Shown here piece by piece: positions 37,893 to 47,500 of a stretch of DNA of 64,000 nucleotides. This stretch comes from Myxococcota bacterium (lineage in GTDB: Bacteria; Myxococcota_A; SURF-8): contig CAXXQS010000002.1 in NCBI GenBank assembly GCA_963674735.2, positions 2,080,001 to 2,144,000 of the forward strand, written 5' to 3'. Position numbers and translations under genes: made by a program. A model generated the notes under the pieces. It had not been told where the DNA came from. It saw only the letters and a list, made by a program, of their open reading frames with translations, and did no database searches. How positions within the stretch are numbered: position 1 is the first letter of the stretch; each line of letters opens with the position of its first letter.

Positions 37893-39098
37893 TCAGAGTT
37901 TCTTGAGATCCATGGGGGAGGCGCACAGGCTCTGCCCGCCGGTCTCGGTGATGACGTAGGTGTTTTCCGCGCCCACGCCGCCGATGCCCGGCAGAAAGGC
38001 TTTGGGTTCCACGGCGACCACCATCCCCGCCTTGAGGGGCAGATCGATGCGGTCGGCGATCACCGGCCACTCGTCCAGTTCCAGCCCTACGCCGTGACCG
38101 AAAAACTTGACCCGGTTTTCGCCGCAGCCCATGAATCCCGGCGGTTCGCCCGTGGCCTGGACCCAGTCGTTTACCTCGCGAAATACCTCCGCGCAACGAC
38201 GTCCGGGGATGAGCGCCTGGGCGAGGCGTTCCAGACATTCGAGACAGAACAGGTGGGCCTGTTCCACCTCGGCGGGGATGTGTTCGCCGAAATAGAAACT
38301 ACGTGCGTTATCGGCGTGGTAGCCGTTGTGTGAACTGACGATGTCCACCATGAGTGTTTCACCGGATTTGAGCACCTTGAAGCCCGGTCCGGGCGCGGAG
38401 GCCGGGAAGGGCGCTTCGCCGCCCACCGGACCGTCGAAGTTGGTGGGATAGCAAGCGGAATTGCCCGCGACGGCGTAAAGCAAGGTCAGTTCCTGGCCGA
38501 TACGGCGGATGCGTAGAGACCCGCCGTGACCCATGCGGCGCAGTAAGGATTCCAGATCGGCCGAGACATCGAGTTCGGTGAGTCCCACCCGGGCCAAACT
38601 CGGCACGGCGTTGAAGGCCCGTTCGGCCTGGGCGACCGCCTGACGGATCTGCTCCAGTTCCCACTTCGACTTCACCGTGCGTAGCCCGCGCAGGGGCAGG
38701 GTGAGGTCGGCCAGTTTATCGTGCGACAGCTTCGCCGCCAGTCGGACATACAGCGCCGCGCTGGTGATATCGAACGACACTCCCAGCTTGGCATCGCCCG
38801 TCAGCCGGGCGGCGGTGTCGATCAAGGCGCTGAGCCCCGGAAAGGGTTGGGGGGCGAGAGGCGATTCCACTTTGGCGCGGGTGGCGCTCTTGCGGGCGTA
38901 ATAGGTCGGGTCGCCCTGGGCGGGGATCAGCAGCACGGCGTCCTGGATGGAGCCGGTGTAATAGTATAGGTCGGTGGCGTGTTGAATCCAGGCCACGGCG
39001 ATGTCGGCTTCGGCCAGCGCGGTTTGCAGCGCTTGCAGGCGGGTGAGAACTTCGCGTTCGGGGACGAAGGCCATGCGGTGACGTTGAGACGGAATCAC
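37893..39098 (-). CDS. Xaa-Pro peptidase family (M24)
   Basis: DLYYYTG, VDI...GYHAD, GHGVGLELDE, VEPK, GAENT. Confidence 0.9.
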   Translation of the reverse strand: MIPSQRHRMAFVPEREVLTRLQALQTALAEADIAVAWIQHATDLYYYTGSIQDAVLLIPAQGDPTYYARKSATRAKVESPLAPQPFPGLSALIDTAARLTGDAKLGVSFDITSAALYVRLAAKLSHDKLADLTLPLRGLRTVKSKWELEQIRQAVAQAERAFNAVPSLARVGLTELDVSADLESLLRRMGHGGSLRIRRIGQELTLLYAVAGNSACYPTNFDGPVGGEAPFPASAPGPGFKVLKSGETLMVDIVSSHNGYHADNARSFYFGEHIPAEVEQAHLFCLECLERLAQALIPGRRCAEVFREVNDWVQATGEPPGFMGCGENRVKFFGHGVGLELDEWPVIADRIDLPLKAGMVVAVEPKAFLPGIGGVGAENTYVITETGGQSLCASPMDLKKL

Positions 39099-39146
39099 GG
39101 CAAACTCCTGTTGATCAATCGAGGTTCCAGCTTGGTAAACGCCGTT

Positions 39147-40499
39147 CTAATGTCCACCGGCCTTCTTGCCGGTCGGCATGGCTTTCCAAATCGTCAGCAG
39201 CAGGCCGAAGCCGATCAAACTGAACGGCAGCAGGAACACGGGCCAGTAAGCCCAGTTCCATTCGGTGATGAAACCCAGCGCGATGGACTGCAAGCCGGTT
39301 CCGAGGTAGACGAAACCGTCGATCACGCCCACCGCCGTGGCCGCGCCCTGGCGTCCGCCGAAGTCCATGGTGGCGGTGCCCGACAGCAGACCGTGGGTGC
39401 CGATGACCGCGATGGACATGATGAAGCCGATGACGCCCAGAATCCAGCCGTTATGCAGCGAGAAGATCATGCCGAGGGTGGAGACGGCCAGGATGCCGTA
39501 CATCAGTCCGGCGGCCGGTGCGCGCCGCGAACCGAACACCTTGTCGGAGATCACCCCGGCGGTCATGCCGCCCGTGCATCCGGCGATCCACAGCACTGCG
39601 CCCCAATTGTCCATCATGAACTGCCAGCCCTCGGTGAGTCCGGCGGCGATCTGCTCGTTGGCGAAGATGCGGTACCAGTGCATGATGCCGTTGCGCAACA
39701 CGCCGGTGCAGAATTCGATGCCCGCCACGGTGAGAATTACCGGGTTGGTGAGGATGCGTTTGTAGAGGTCCATGGTGCTGATTTTGACGTTCAGATCCTC
39801 ACCCGACGACGCGTCGGCGGTGTCGAAGTTGCTGTGACCGGTTTGGGCGGGCGTATCTTTCAGGATAAACAGCTCGATGAAGAAGAAGCTGAAGAGCAGC
39901 AGGGCGGGAGCCATGAAGACCCACATCACCGCCGATCCGCCGCTGAAGCCCAGACCTTCGGCGAACTGCAGGATACGCGGCGGAACATCGAAAGCCAGGA
40001 AGATACCCGAACTGATCATGACGCCGAAGATGCCCGAGAAAGTGCCGCGTTCGGTGACGTGGAACCAGTTGGCGTTGACTTTGACGATGGAGACCGCGCC
40101 GTAGCTCTGGAAATACATATTGAGGGCGTACAGCAGGATGAAGATGCCGAGAATCGGCGTGGAGGACGGGTCGTCGAGGCCCAGCAGATAGAAGGTGAAC
40201 AGAGCCATCAGCAGGTTCATCAGGCCTGCGCCCGCCGCGCCGATCAGAATGCCGCGCTTGCCCCCGATGCGATCCACCAGCGGTCCGTTGACCAGGAAGG
40301 AAAAGGCATACACCACCGCGCCGATGCCGAAAATCTCGCCGTAATCCGACTTGGTCATCAGGTCGCCCAACTCGGTTTTAGCCACATTCAGATTGTAGCG
40401 GCCCATGTACAGCAGGGCGTAGGTGAGCCCCATGGGAAACCAGTTGAGAAAGCGCCGGTATCTGAATGCCTTGGAATGCAGAACGGCCGGTTGTGCCAT
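39147..40499 (-). CDS. MFS transporter, GlpT/OPA family
   Basis: YALLYMGRYN, NGPLVDRIG, NWF...ERG, LKDTP...G, ISDKVF..RR, ATAVGVIDGFVYLG. Confidence 0.8.
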   Translation of the reverse strand: MAQPAVLHSKAFRYRRFLNWFPMGLTYALLYMGRYNLNVAKTELGDLMTKSDYGEIFGIGAVVYAFSFLVNGPLVDRIGGKRGILIGAAGAGLMNLLMALFTFYLLGLDDPSSTPILGIFILLYALNMYFQSYGAVSIVKVNANWFHVTERGTFSGIFGVMISSGIFLAFDVPPRILQFAEGLGFSGGSAVMWVFMAPALLLFSFFFIELFILKDTPAQTGHSNFDTADASSGEDLNVKISTMDLYKRILTNPVILTVAGIEFCTGVLRNGIMHWYRIFANEQIAAGLTEGWQFMMDNWGAVLWIAGCTGGMTAGVISDKVFGSRRAPAAGLMYGILAVSTLGMIFSLHNGWILGVIGFIMSIAVIGTHGLLSGTATMDFGGRQGAATAVGVIDGFVYLGTGLQSIALGFITEWNWAYWPVFLLPFSLIGFGLLLTIWKAMPTGKKAGGH

Positions 40500-40611
40500 G
40501 ATGAATCCTCTCCATGCGGGTTATCGAATCCGCCAACCCGGTAAGCATACCGATTGGGATTCAAAGCGCAAATGAAAGTTTGACGAGCGGAGGCCGCCGC
40601 GCCGCCTTCGC

Positions 40612-41391
40612 CTATTCCTTGAATTTGGCGGCCGGGGGATCCAGCGCGTTCAGGGAGCGTGTTTCCACCATCAGGGCCGTTGCGCCCACCACGCAGGCGG
40701 GGATGCAGACCAGATTCAGGAAGGGAACGATCAGCAGCAGCATGGCGCCCGCACCGAAACCCACGCACAGCCAGCGGCGGCGGTTTGTGAAATGTACGAT
40801 TTCGCTGAAGGCGTAGCCGTGGCGGCTCATGGGGTAATCGAGATATTCGATGGCCAGAAACCACGAACCCGCTCCCACCGTGACGCCAATCGACAGCAGT
40901 GAGCCGAGACCGGGAATCAGGTTGAGCAACAGGCCCACCAGTAAGATCAGGCCCATGACCATCAGCTTGGCCAGTTCCTTGCGCAAGGTCAGCGCGATGG
41001 CGGCGAAACTGACGGGAAGGTCTTCCTCGGGCACCTCTGGGTCGAGCGCCTGCTCGGTGCGACCCGCCAGGGCGTCGTTGAACGGCGAGGCGATCAGACA
41101 GCCGATGGGGGTAAAGAGGAAATAGGCCAGCAGCAGGGTGACGGCGAACAGGGCGCTTCCCATAATGTACCACATGCCCTGGAGGTACCAGCCGTCCGGG
41201 GGATAAGCCCACACCAGTTCGATGAGGTTGACCCGAAAGATCCACAAAAGGGTGAAACCCACGGTGAACAGCAAAACGTTGATGGCCAGGGGGACGACGA
41301 CCACGCGACGCAGTTGGGGATGGGCCTTGATGATGGAAAAGGCGCTGAAGGGGAAATTGAATCCGTGCAACAGATCCTGAAACAGGGTCAT
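40612..41391 (-). CDS. EI24/CysZ family membrane protein
   Basis: VVPLAIN, IASPFNDALA..TE, LIPGLG, EYLDYPM.R, GFG, VPFLN, P..VVGAT. Confidence 0.8.
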   Translation of the reverse strand: MTLFQDLLHGFNFPFSAFSIIKAHPQLRRVVVVPLAINVLLFTVGFTLLWIFRVNLIELVWAYPPDGWYLQGMWYIMGSALFAVTLLLAYFLFTPIGCLIASPFNDALAGRTEQALDPEVPEEDLPVSFAAIALTLRKELAKLMVMGLILLVGLLLNLIPGLGSLLSIGVTVGAGSWFLAIEYLDYPMSRHGYAFSEIVHFTNRRRWLCVGFGAGAMLLLIVPFLNLVCIPACVVGATALMVETRSLNALDPPAAKFKE

Positions 41392-41546
41392 GACGTCTCC
41401 TTGCCGGTTGGCCCATGGACGGCGGGATGGAAGAACCGATGTCCCGCTGGTGTCCCGTGGGGTCTGGTCTGATGGAAAACGATGCCTTGTTGCCTCTTTT
41501 AACGGATTCTGCTAGAACGGGCAAGACCTATTTACGAGGAGATTCC

Positions 41547-44543
41547 ATGCGCCTGATCGTACTATGCCTGTTTTTCGTGTCCGGGGCCACCGGGCTTGTG
41601 CTGGAAACCGTCTGGTTTCGCCAACTCGCCTTGATCTTCGGGTCCACCGGCTGGGCAGCCGGAACGGTGACCGGAGCCTTTCTGGGCGGGCTGGGGGTGG
41701 GCAGTCTGATTGCCTCGCGCCTGGCCGACCGCCTCAACCGGCGGCTGGCCGTCTACGGCGGTCTGGAGTTGTTTGTCGGTCTGTTCGCCTTGGCGTCGCC
41801 TTGGCTGATCGGGGCGCTGGACGCTTTGCAGTACCGCCTGTTGGGCGGGGCGATGTTGAGTGCCGGTTTCTATGCGGCCGTTCGTTTCGGCGTGGCGTTC
41901 GCGGCGCTTTTACCTGCCACCCTCGCCATGGGGGCCACCTTGCCGTTTCTGGCGCGCGCCGTGACCGAGCGCGAGACGGCCATCGGACGCCGCCTGGGTT
42001 CGTTGTACGGGGTGAACACCCTGGGTGCGTTCGCGGGGGCGTTGATCGGCGGATTTGCACTTCTGCCGATTCTGGGACAGGCGGCGTCCACGCGCGTTGC
42101 GGCCGCAGCGGCGTTGACGGTGGGAGCGGTGGCCCTCGCGCTCGGCCTGGTGTTGAAACCGACGGCCGCCCCGGCGGCCGAGGCGGCGCGCGCCCACGAC
42201 AAACCCCTGCGTCCCTACGTGCTTCTGGCTTTCTTCGTCTTTTCGTCGGGCTTTACGGCCATGCTGATCCAGGTGGCCATGACGCGCCTTCTGGCCATCG
42301 TGTTGGGCAGCTCGGTGTACAGCTTCACGCTGACGGTGGCCGTCTTTCTGGCGGGGATCGGGCTGGGCAGCCTGGTGTACGCCTTCGGCTTGTCGCGCCG
42401 CGTGAGCGACTACCTGGTGTTGGCGGTGTCGCAGGGCGTATTGGCGGGGTCGTTGGCGCTGGCGCTGCTGCTCGTCGACCGCATTCCCGGCTGGCTGTAC
42501 GTCTATGCCGGAACCGACCTGGTGGGGGTTCCCTCGATTTTCTTCGTGCATGCGGGTTTCATCGCCCTGCTGCTGTTTTTGCCGACTCTGGCCATGGGTG
42601 CGGCCTTTCCCGCCGCCATGCGGCTGATCGCCGCCGGGGTTTCCCGGCTGGGCCGCGACGTGGGCTGGGCGTATTTCCTCAACACCCTGGGTTCCATCGT
42701 GGGCAGCTTCGGCGCCGCTTTCGTGTTGATTCCGAATCTCGGGCTGCATGCCACCCTGGTGTACGCCATCGGGCTGGCCATCTTCTGGGCCGGGGCTTTT
42801 TCGGCGATACGCGGCGGCTTTCTGTTGCGGCGGCGCTTGTTGGTGGCCGCGCCGCTGGTGTTGGTGGCGATGCTCATGGCGCAGTCGTTGCCGCGCTTTG
42901 ATTTGGAGCAGCTGACCTCGGGCATGTTCCGTGTGGGGCTGGCCAAGAAAGTGGCGGCGCAGAAATCCAAGGCGCGCTCGACGCTTTTGTATTACCGCGA
43001 CGGACCAGTGGGCTCGGTATCGGTGGAGAAGCTGGGCGATGTTCTGTCGATGCGCGTCAACGGCAAGGTGGAGGCCAGCAATCGATTCGATATGCCCACG
43101 CAGATTTTGGCCGGGCTGCTGCCGGTTCTGTTGCAGGAACGCGCGACAGGTCAGCGGGCGGCGTTGATCGGCTACGGGTCGGGCGTGACCGCCGGGGCCA
43201 TGCTGAGTGCGCCGATTGCCGGTTTGGCGGCGGTGGAGCTGGAGCCGCGTGTTTTGGAAGCGGCACGCTTTTTCAAGGGCGTGAACTTCGCGGCGGAGAG
43301 CGACGAGCGGTTGCAACTCGTAGTGGGCGACGCACGCACGGTGCTGGGGTACAGTGCGTTGAAGTTCGACGTGATCGTCTCGGAGCCGTCCAATCCCTGG
43401 GTGGCGGGGGCGTCGGGATTGTTCACGCGCGACTTTTACGAGCTGATGCGGGCGCGTCTGTCCGAGGACGGTGTGTACGCGCAGTGGGTGCAGCTCTATG
43501 AAATGTCGGCCGAGCATTTGCGCTCGCTGGTGCGCAGCTTCCGGGCCGTTTTTCCCAATACGCTGGTTTTTTCCACCTCCGAACGCGGGGTGGACCTGGT
43601 GTTGTTGGGGCGCGCCAAGCCCTGGACGCTGGATGTGGGGGCGTTGATGGAACGCACGGCGCGACCGGCCGTGCAGGCGGCGCTCAAAAAAGCCGGTGTG
43701 GGCGGCGGGCTGGATATTCTGGCGCTGTTGGCCGTCACCGATGCGGAGTTGCAGGATTTCGTAGGCGAGGGACCGCTCAACACCGACGACAACGGGCTGA
43801 TCGAGTTTGCCGCGCCCAAGGACATGCTGTTTTACGAGGAGTATGCCGAGAACATCGTCGATTTCCATTTCTCGGTCGAACGCGGGCGGCTGCTGCCGCT
43901 TCTGACGAATCTCGGCGATACGCATGAACGGCGTGCCGAGAACCTGGCGCGGATCGCGTTGCATCTGCTGGCGCGCGGGCGCACAGACGTGGCCTATGAA
44001 ATCGCCTCGGCTTCGCGCAAGCAGGCGGTGGTGGCGCTGGCGGACGAAGTGCAGGAAGTGTGCGAGCTGATCTATCTCAAGCCGCGCGAGTGGCCGCCGT
44101 TGCCCAACGGTTGGCTGGTGAGTGAAAGCAAGGGCGAGGGCTACCTGTTGCTGGCGGCGGGCATGTCGCTCGATCAGAACGTGGAGGCGCTGGAAGCGGC
44201 CATGAAGCTGATGGAGGACGATCCCGACCCGCGTTTGCGTTACCTGGCCGGGGCGCTGGCGCTGAAAACCCTGCAATTCGAGGCGGCGGAAAAGTGGCTG
44301 GTGGTCCTGGCGGAGGACGCCGCTTTCCGCGCGGCGCATCCCGAGGTGGATTTCTTCGCGGGCCGGGCGCTCGATCGGCAGATGAAGTTCGGGCAGGCCA
44401 CGCGGCATCTGGCGCGTTACAATCAGGTGCGTCGCAAGCTGGGCTGGCCCCTGGCCTTTTTGCCCGAAGCCGCCCCGGCGGATGCGCCCGTTTCTCCGGA
44501 CGACGCGGCTCCGACCGAAGCCGCACCGCCTCTACCCGAGTAG
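41547..44543 (+). CDS. Fused MFS-like / spermidine synthase-family protein with TPR-like tail
   Basis: Two SG...L..E/Q..W/R membrane repeats, MGATLP, NTLG, IGYGSGVT, VELEP, GDAR, DVIVSEPSNPW, LNTDDN. Confidence 0.85.
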   Translation: MRLIVLCLFFVSGATGLVLETVWFRQLALIFGSTGWAAGTVTGAFLGGLGVGSLIASRLADRLNRRLAVYGGLELFVGLFALASPWLIGALDALQYRLLGGAMLSAGFYAAVRFGVAFAALLPATLAMGATLPFLARAVTERETAIGRRLGSLYGVNTLGAFAGALIGGFALLPILGQAASTRVAAAAALTVGAVALALGLVLKPTAAPAAEAARAHDKPLRPYVLLAFFVFSSGFTAMLIQVAMTRLLAIVLGSSVYSFTLTVAVFLAGIGLGSLVYAFGLSRRVSDYLVLAVSQGVLAGSLALALLLVDRIPGWLYVYAGTDLVGVPSIFFVHAGFIALLLFLPTLAMGAAFPAAMRLIAAGVSRLGRDVGWAYFLNTLGSIVGSFGAAFVLIPNLGLHATLVYAIGLAIFWAGAFSAIRGGFLLRRRLLVAAPLVLVAMLMAQSLPRFDLEQLTSGMFRVGLAKKVAAQKSKARSTLLYYRDGPVGSVSVEKLGDVLSMRVNGKVEASNRFDMPTQILAGLLPVLLQERATGQRAALIGYGSGVTAGAMLSAPIAGLAAVELEPRVLEAARFFKGVNFAAESDERLQLVVGDARTVLGYSALKFDVIVSEPSNPWVAGASGLFTRDFYELMRARLSEDGVYAQWVQLYEMSAEHLRSLVRSFRAVFPNTLVFSTSERGVDLVLLGRAKPWTLDVGALMERTARPAVQAALKKAGVGGGLDILALLAVTDAELQDFVGEGPLNTDDNGLIEFAAPKDMLFYEEYAENIVDFHFSVERGRLLPLLTNLGDTHERRAENLARIALHLLARGRTDVAYEIASASRKQAVVALADEVQEVCELIYLKPREWPPLPNGWLVSESKGEGYLLLAAGMSLDQNVEALEAAMKLMEDDPDPRLRYLAGALALKTLQFEAAEKWLVVLAEDAAFRAAHPEVDFFAGRALDRQMKFGQATRHLARYNQVRRKLGWPLAFLPEAAPADAPVSPDDAAPTEAAPPLPE

Positions 44544-44554
44544 CGTTCCGCCGT

Positions 44555-47500
44555 TTACGGCAGGTCGATGGCGCAGCGGAAGCCGCTGGCGTAGGTCCAG
44601 TTCACCGTTCCTTCGGGCGGCAGGCTGAAACGGTTGGACAGGCGTAGTTCCACCGCTTCGGCGTAGAAGTTGCCGCCGCGCAGGCTGCGGTAGGTGCAGA
44701 CGCCGCCGCTTTCCGAGTAGCAGTCGGCGGTCCATTCCCACACATTGCCGAGCATGTCGTAAAGCCCGAAATCGTTGGGCAGCTTTTCGCCCACCGGGTG
44801 GGTGGCGAAAGAGGCGTTGTCCTGGTACCAGGCGATGGCGTCGAGGCAGCCGGCGTCGTCGCCGCAGCCGTAACGCGAGGTGGTTCCGGCGCGCGCGGCG
44901 TATTCCCATTCGGCTTCGCTGGGCAGACGCGCATCGAGGGCCGCGCAGAACGCCTGGGCCTGGCTCCAGGTCACGTTTTCCACCGGGCAATCGGGACAGC
45001 CGCCGAAGGTGCTGGGGTTGACGCCCATCACCAGCTCGAACTGTTCCTGCGTGATTTCGGTGGCGGTGAGATTGAAGCCGTCGCCCATGTACTGGGTCTG
45101 GCCCGCTTCGTCCGGCTCGCAGTCGGGGTCTTCGATGGAACAGCCCATGGCGAAGGAACCCGGACAGATATAGGCGTAGTCGAGTTCCACCAGCGGTCCG
45201 CTCTCATCTTCCACATCGCCATCTATCACGCTATCTTCATCGCCGTCAGTCGGTACGTCGCCGTCTGTGGGCACATCGCCGTCCGTTGGCACATCGCCGT
45301 CAGTCGGTACGTCGCCGTCTGTGGGCATGTCGCCGTCTGTGGGCACGTCGCCGTCAGTGGGCACGTCGCCGTCGGTTGGGACATCGCCGTCCGTTGGCAC
45401 GTCGCCATCTGTCGGGACGTCGCCATCTGTCGGGACATCGCCATCTGTCGGGACATCGCCGTCTGTGGGCACGTCGCCATCTGTCGGGACATCGCCATCT
45501 GTGGGCACGTCGCCGTCTGTGGGCACATCGCCATCTGTCGGGACGTCGCCGTCTGTGGGCACATCGCCATCTGTCGGGACGTCGCCGTCTGTGGGCACAT
45601 CGCCATCTGTCGGGACATCGCCGTCAGTTGGGACGTCGCCGTCCGTTGGCACGTCGCCGTCTGTGGGCACGTCGCCATCTGTCGGGACGTCGCCATCTGT
45701 GGGCACGTCGCCGTCAGTCGGTACGTCGCCGTCTGTGGGCACGTCGCCATCTGTCGGATCATCGCCATCTGTCGGGACATCGCCATCTGTCGGGACATCG
45801 CCGTCTGTGGGTACGTCGCCGTCAGTCGGTACGTCGCCATCTGTGGGTACGTCGCCGTCTGTGGGTACGTCGCCGTCGGTGGGGACATCGCCGTCTGTGG
45901 GCACGTCGCCGTCAGTCGGGACATCGCCATCTGTGGGTACATCGCCGTCGGTCGGGACATCGCCGTCGGGCTCGTCTCCGTCTATTGGAATGGATTGGGG
46001 CTCACGGGCGCAACGGAAACCGACGCCGTGTTCGTACACCTGCGCCGGGTTGCCGGCGGCCCGCGCCGAGGCGCGCATGGACCAGGTGTAGCAACCCCAA
46101 CAGCCGCCGCGCATCACGCGCTGCGAGCAGTCGCCACCCTCCCAGACGCCGCCATCGGACGGCGCGTCGCTGTAGTCGGGGTGCACGCAGTCGGCCGACC
46201 ATTCCCACACGTTGCCCAGCATGTCGTAAAAGCCCCAGTCATTGGGCGATTTCTGCGCCACTATGTGCGCGTCGGGGCCCTCGCTCCAGGCGATCTCGTC
46301 GAGGCAGGCGTAATCGTCGCCGCAATAAAAACGGGTGGAGGTGCCCGCCCGCGCGGCATATTCCCACTCGGCTTCGGAGGGCAGCCGCCCGCCCACGGAA
46401 CGGCAGAAGCGGTCGGCGTCGTACCAGGTGACGGCTTCCACCGGGCAGTTTCCGCAACCGTCGCTGAAGCTCGGGTGCCAGCCGATGACCTCTTCATATT
46501 GGGACATCGTGACTTCGGTGGCAAGCATTTCGAAAGCCGCTACCGAGACCGCGTGACGCGGTTCTTCGGAACCGGTGGGATGGCAGTCGGCATCGTTGAC
46601 CGAACAGCCCATCTGGAAGCCGCCGGCTGCAACCGGCAGCCAATCGAGGGCGACGTCGGTCACCACCTCGATTTCCTCATCCGTGTCGCCGTCCACATCG
46701 CCATCGGCATCCGGATGACACTCGGCCGGTTCGTCGGTGAGACCGTTGCAGTCGTTATCCAGGTCGTCGCAGATTTCCGCCACGCCCGGATGCACGGCGG
46801 GGTTGTTTTCGTCGCAATCGAGCAGGCCGGGGCAGTCGCCGAAGCCGTCGGCGTCGCGGTCGTTGCGGTCGTCGGCCACGCCGTTGCAGTCCCAGTCGAG
46901 ACCGTCGCAGCGCTCGGCTGCGGGCGAAAGGCCGCCCGTGCATTCAACCTCCACCGCGCAACTGGCCGCATCGATCGCGCAGGCATAGACGCCCGCCGCA
47001 TTGAGGCAGCGTCCGGCCGAGCCTTGGTAGCAGGACTGGGATTGCCCGACGCGCCAATAATCCGGATCGGCCATGCATAGCGCCAAGGGGTCGTGTTCGT
47101 CGGTCGCGCCGTCGCAATCGTTGTCCAACCCGTCGGAGCAGGTGGCGTCGTCGAGTGCGCCGAGGCCGCAGGCCGACACGGTTACAGGGCATTCGTCGGC
47201 GAGATAACCGGACGGGTAGGCGCAGATCCACAGGCCCGCCGAACAGACATTCTGCGCCGCGCCGTCGGCACAAATTCCGGCGGTCGGACAGCGGCTTTCC
47301 ACGGGCGCGTCCGAGCCCGGCAGCGCTTCATCGGTCTGGCCGTCGCAATCGTTATCGCGGTTGTCGCAGGTTTCAGCCGTCGGGCCGACAGCGCCGAGAC
47401 AGGGGCCCCAAGCCGCGTTGGCGCAGAGTTGCGTACCCGTGCTGCACAGGCCGGTGTCGCTGCCGCAACTGCGCGTGAGGTTCTCGTCGGTCTGGCCGTC

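Noticed and set aside
45248-45967. Repeat array as a possible CRISPR
   Set aside because: No unique spacers; it is an in-frame 18-bp coding repeat with synonymous variation, and no cas genes are present.
44555-46620. Diversity-generating retroelement at the FGE domains
   Set aside because: No reverse transcriptase or adenine-specific template repeat in the window; the two domains differ at all base types and by indels.
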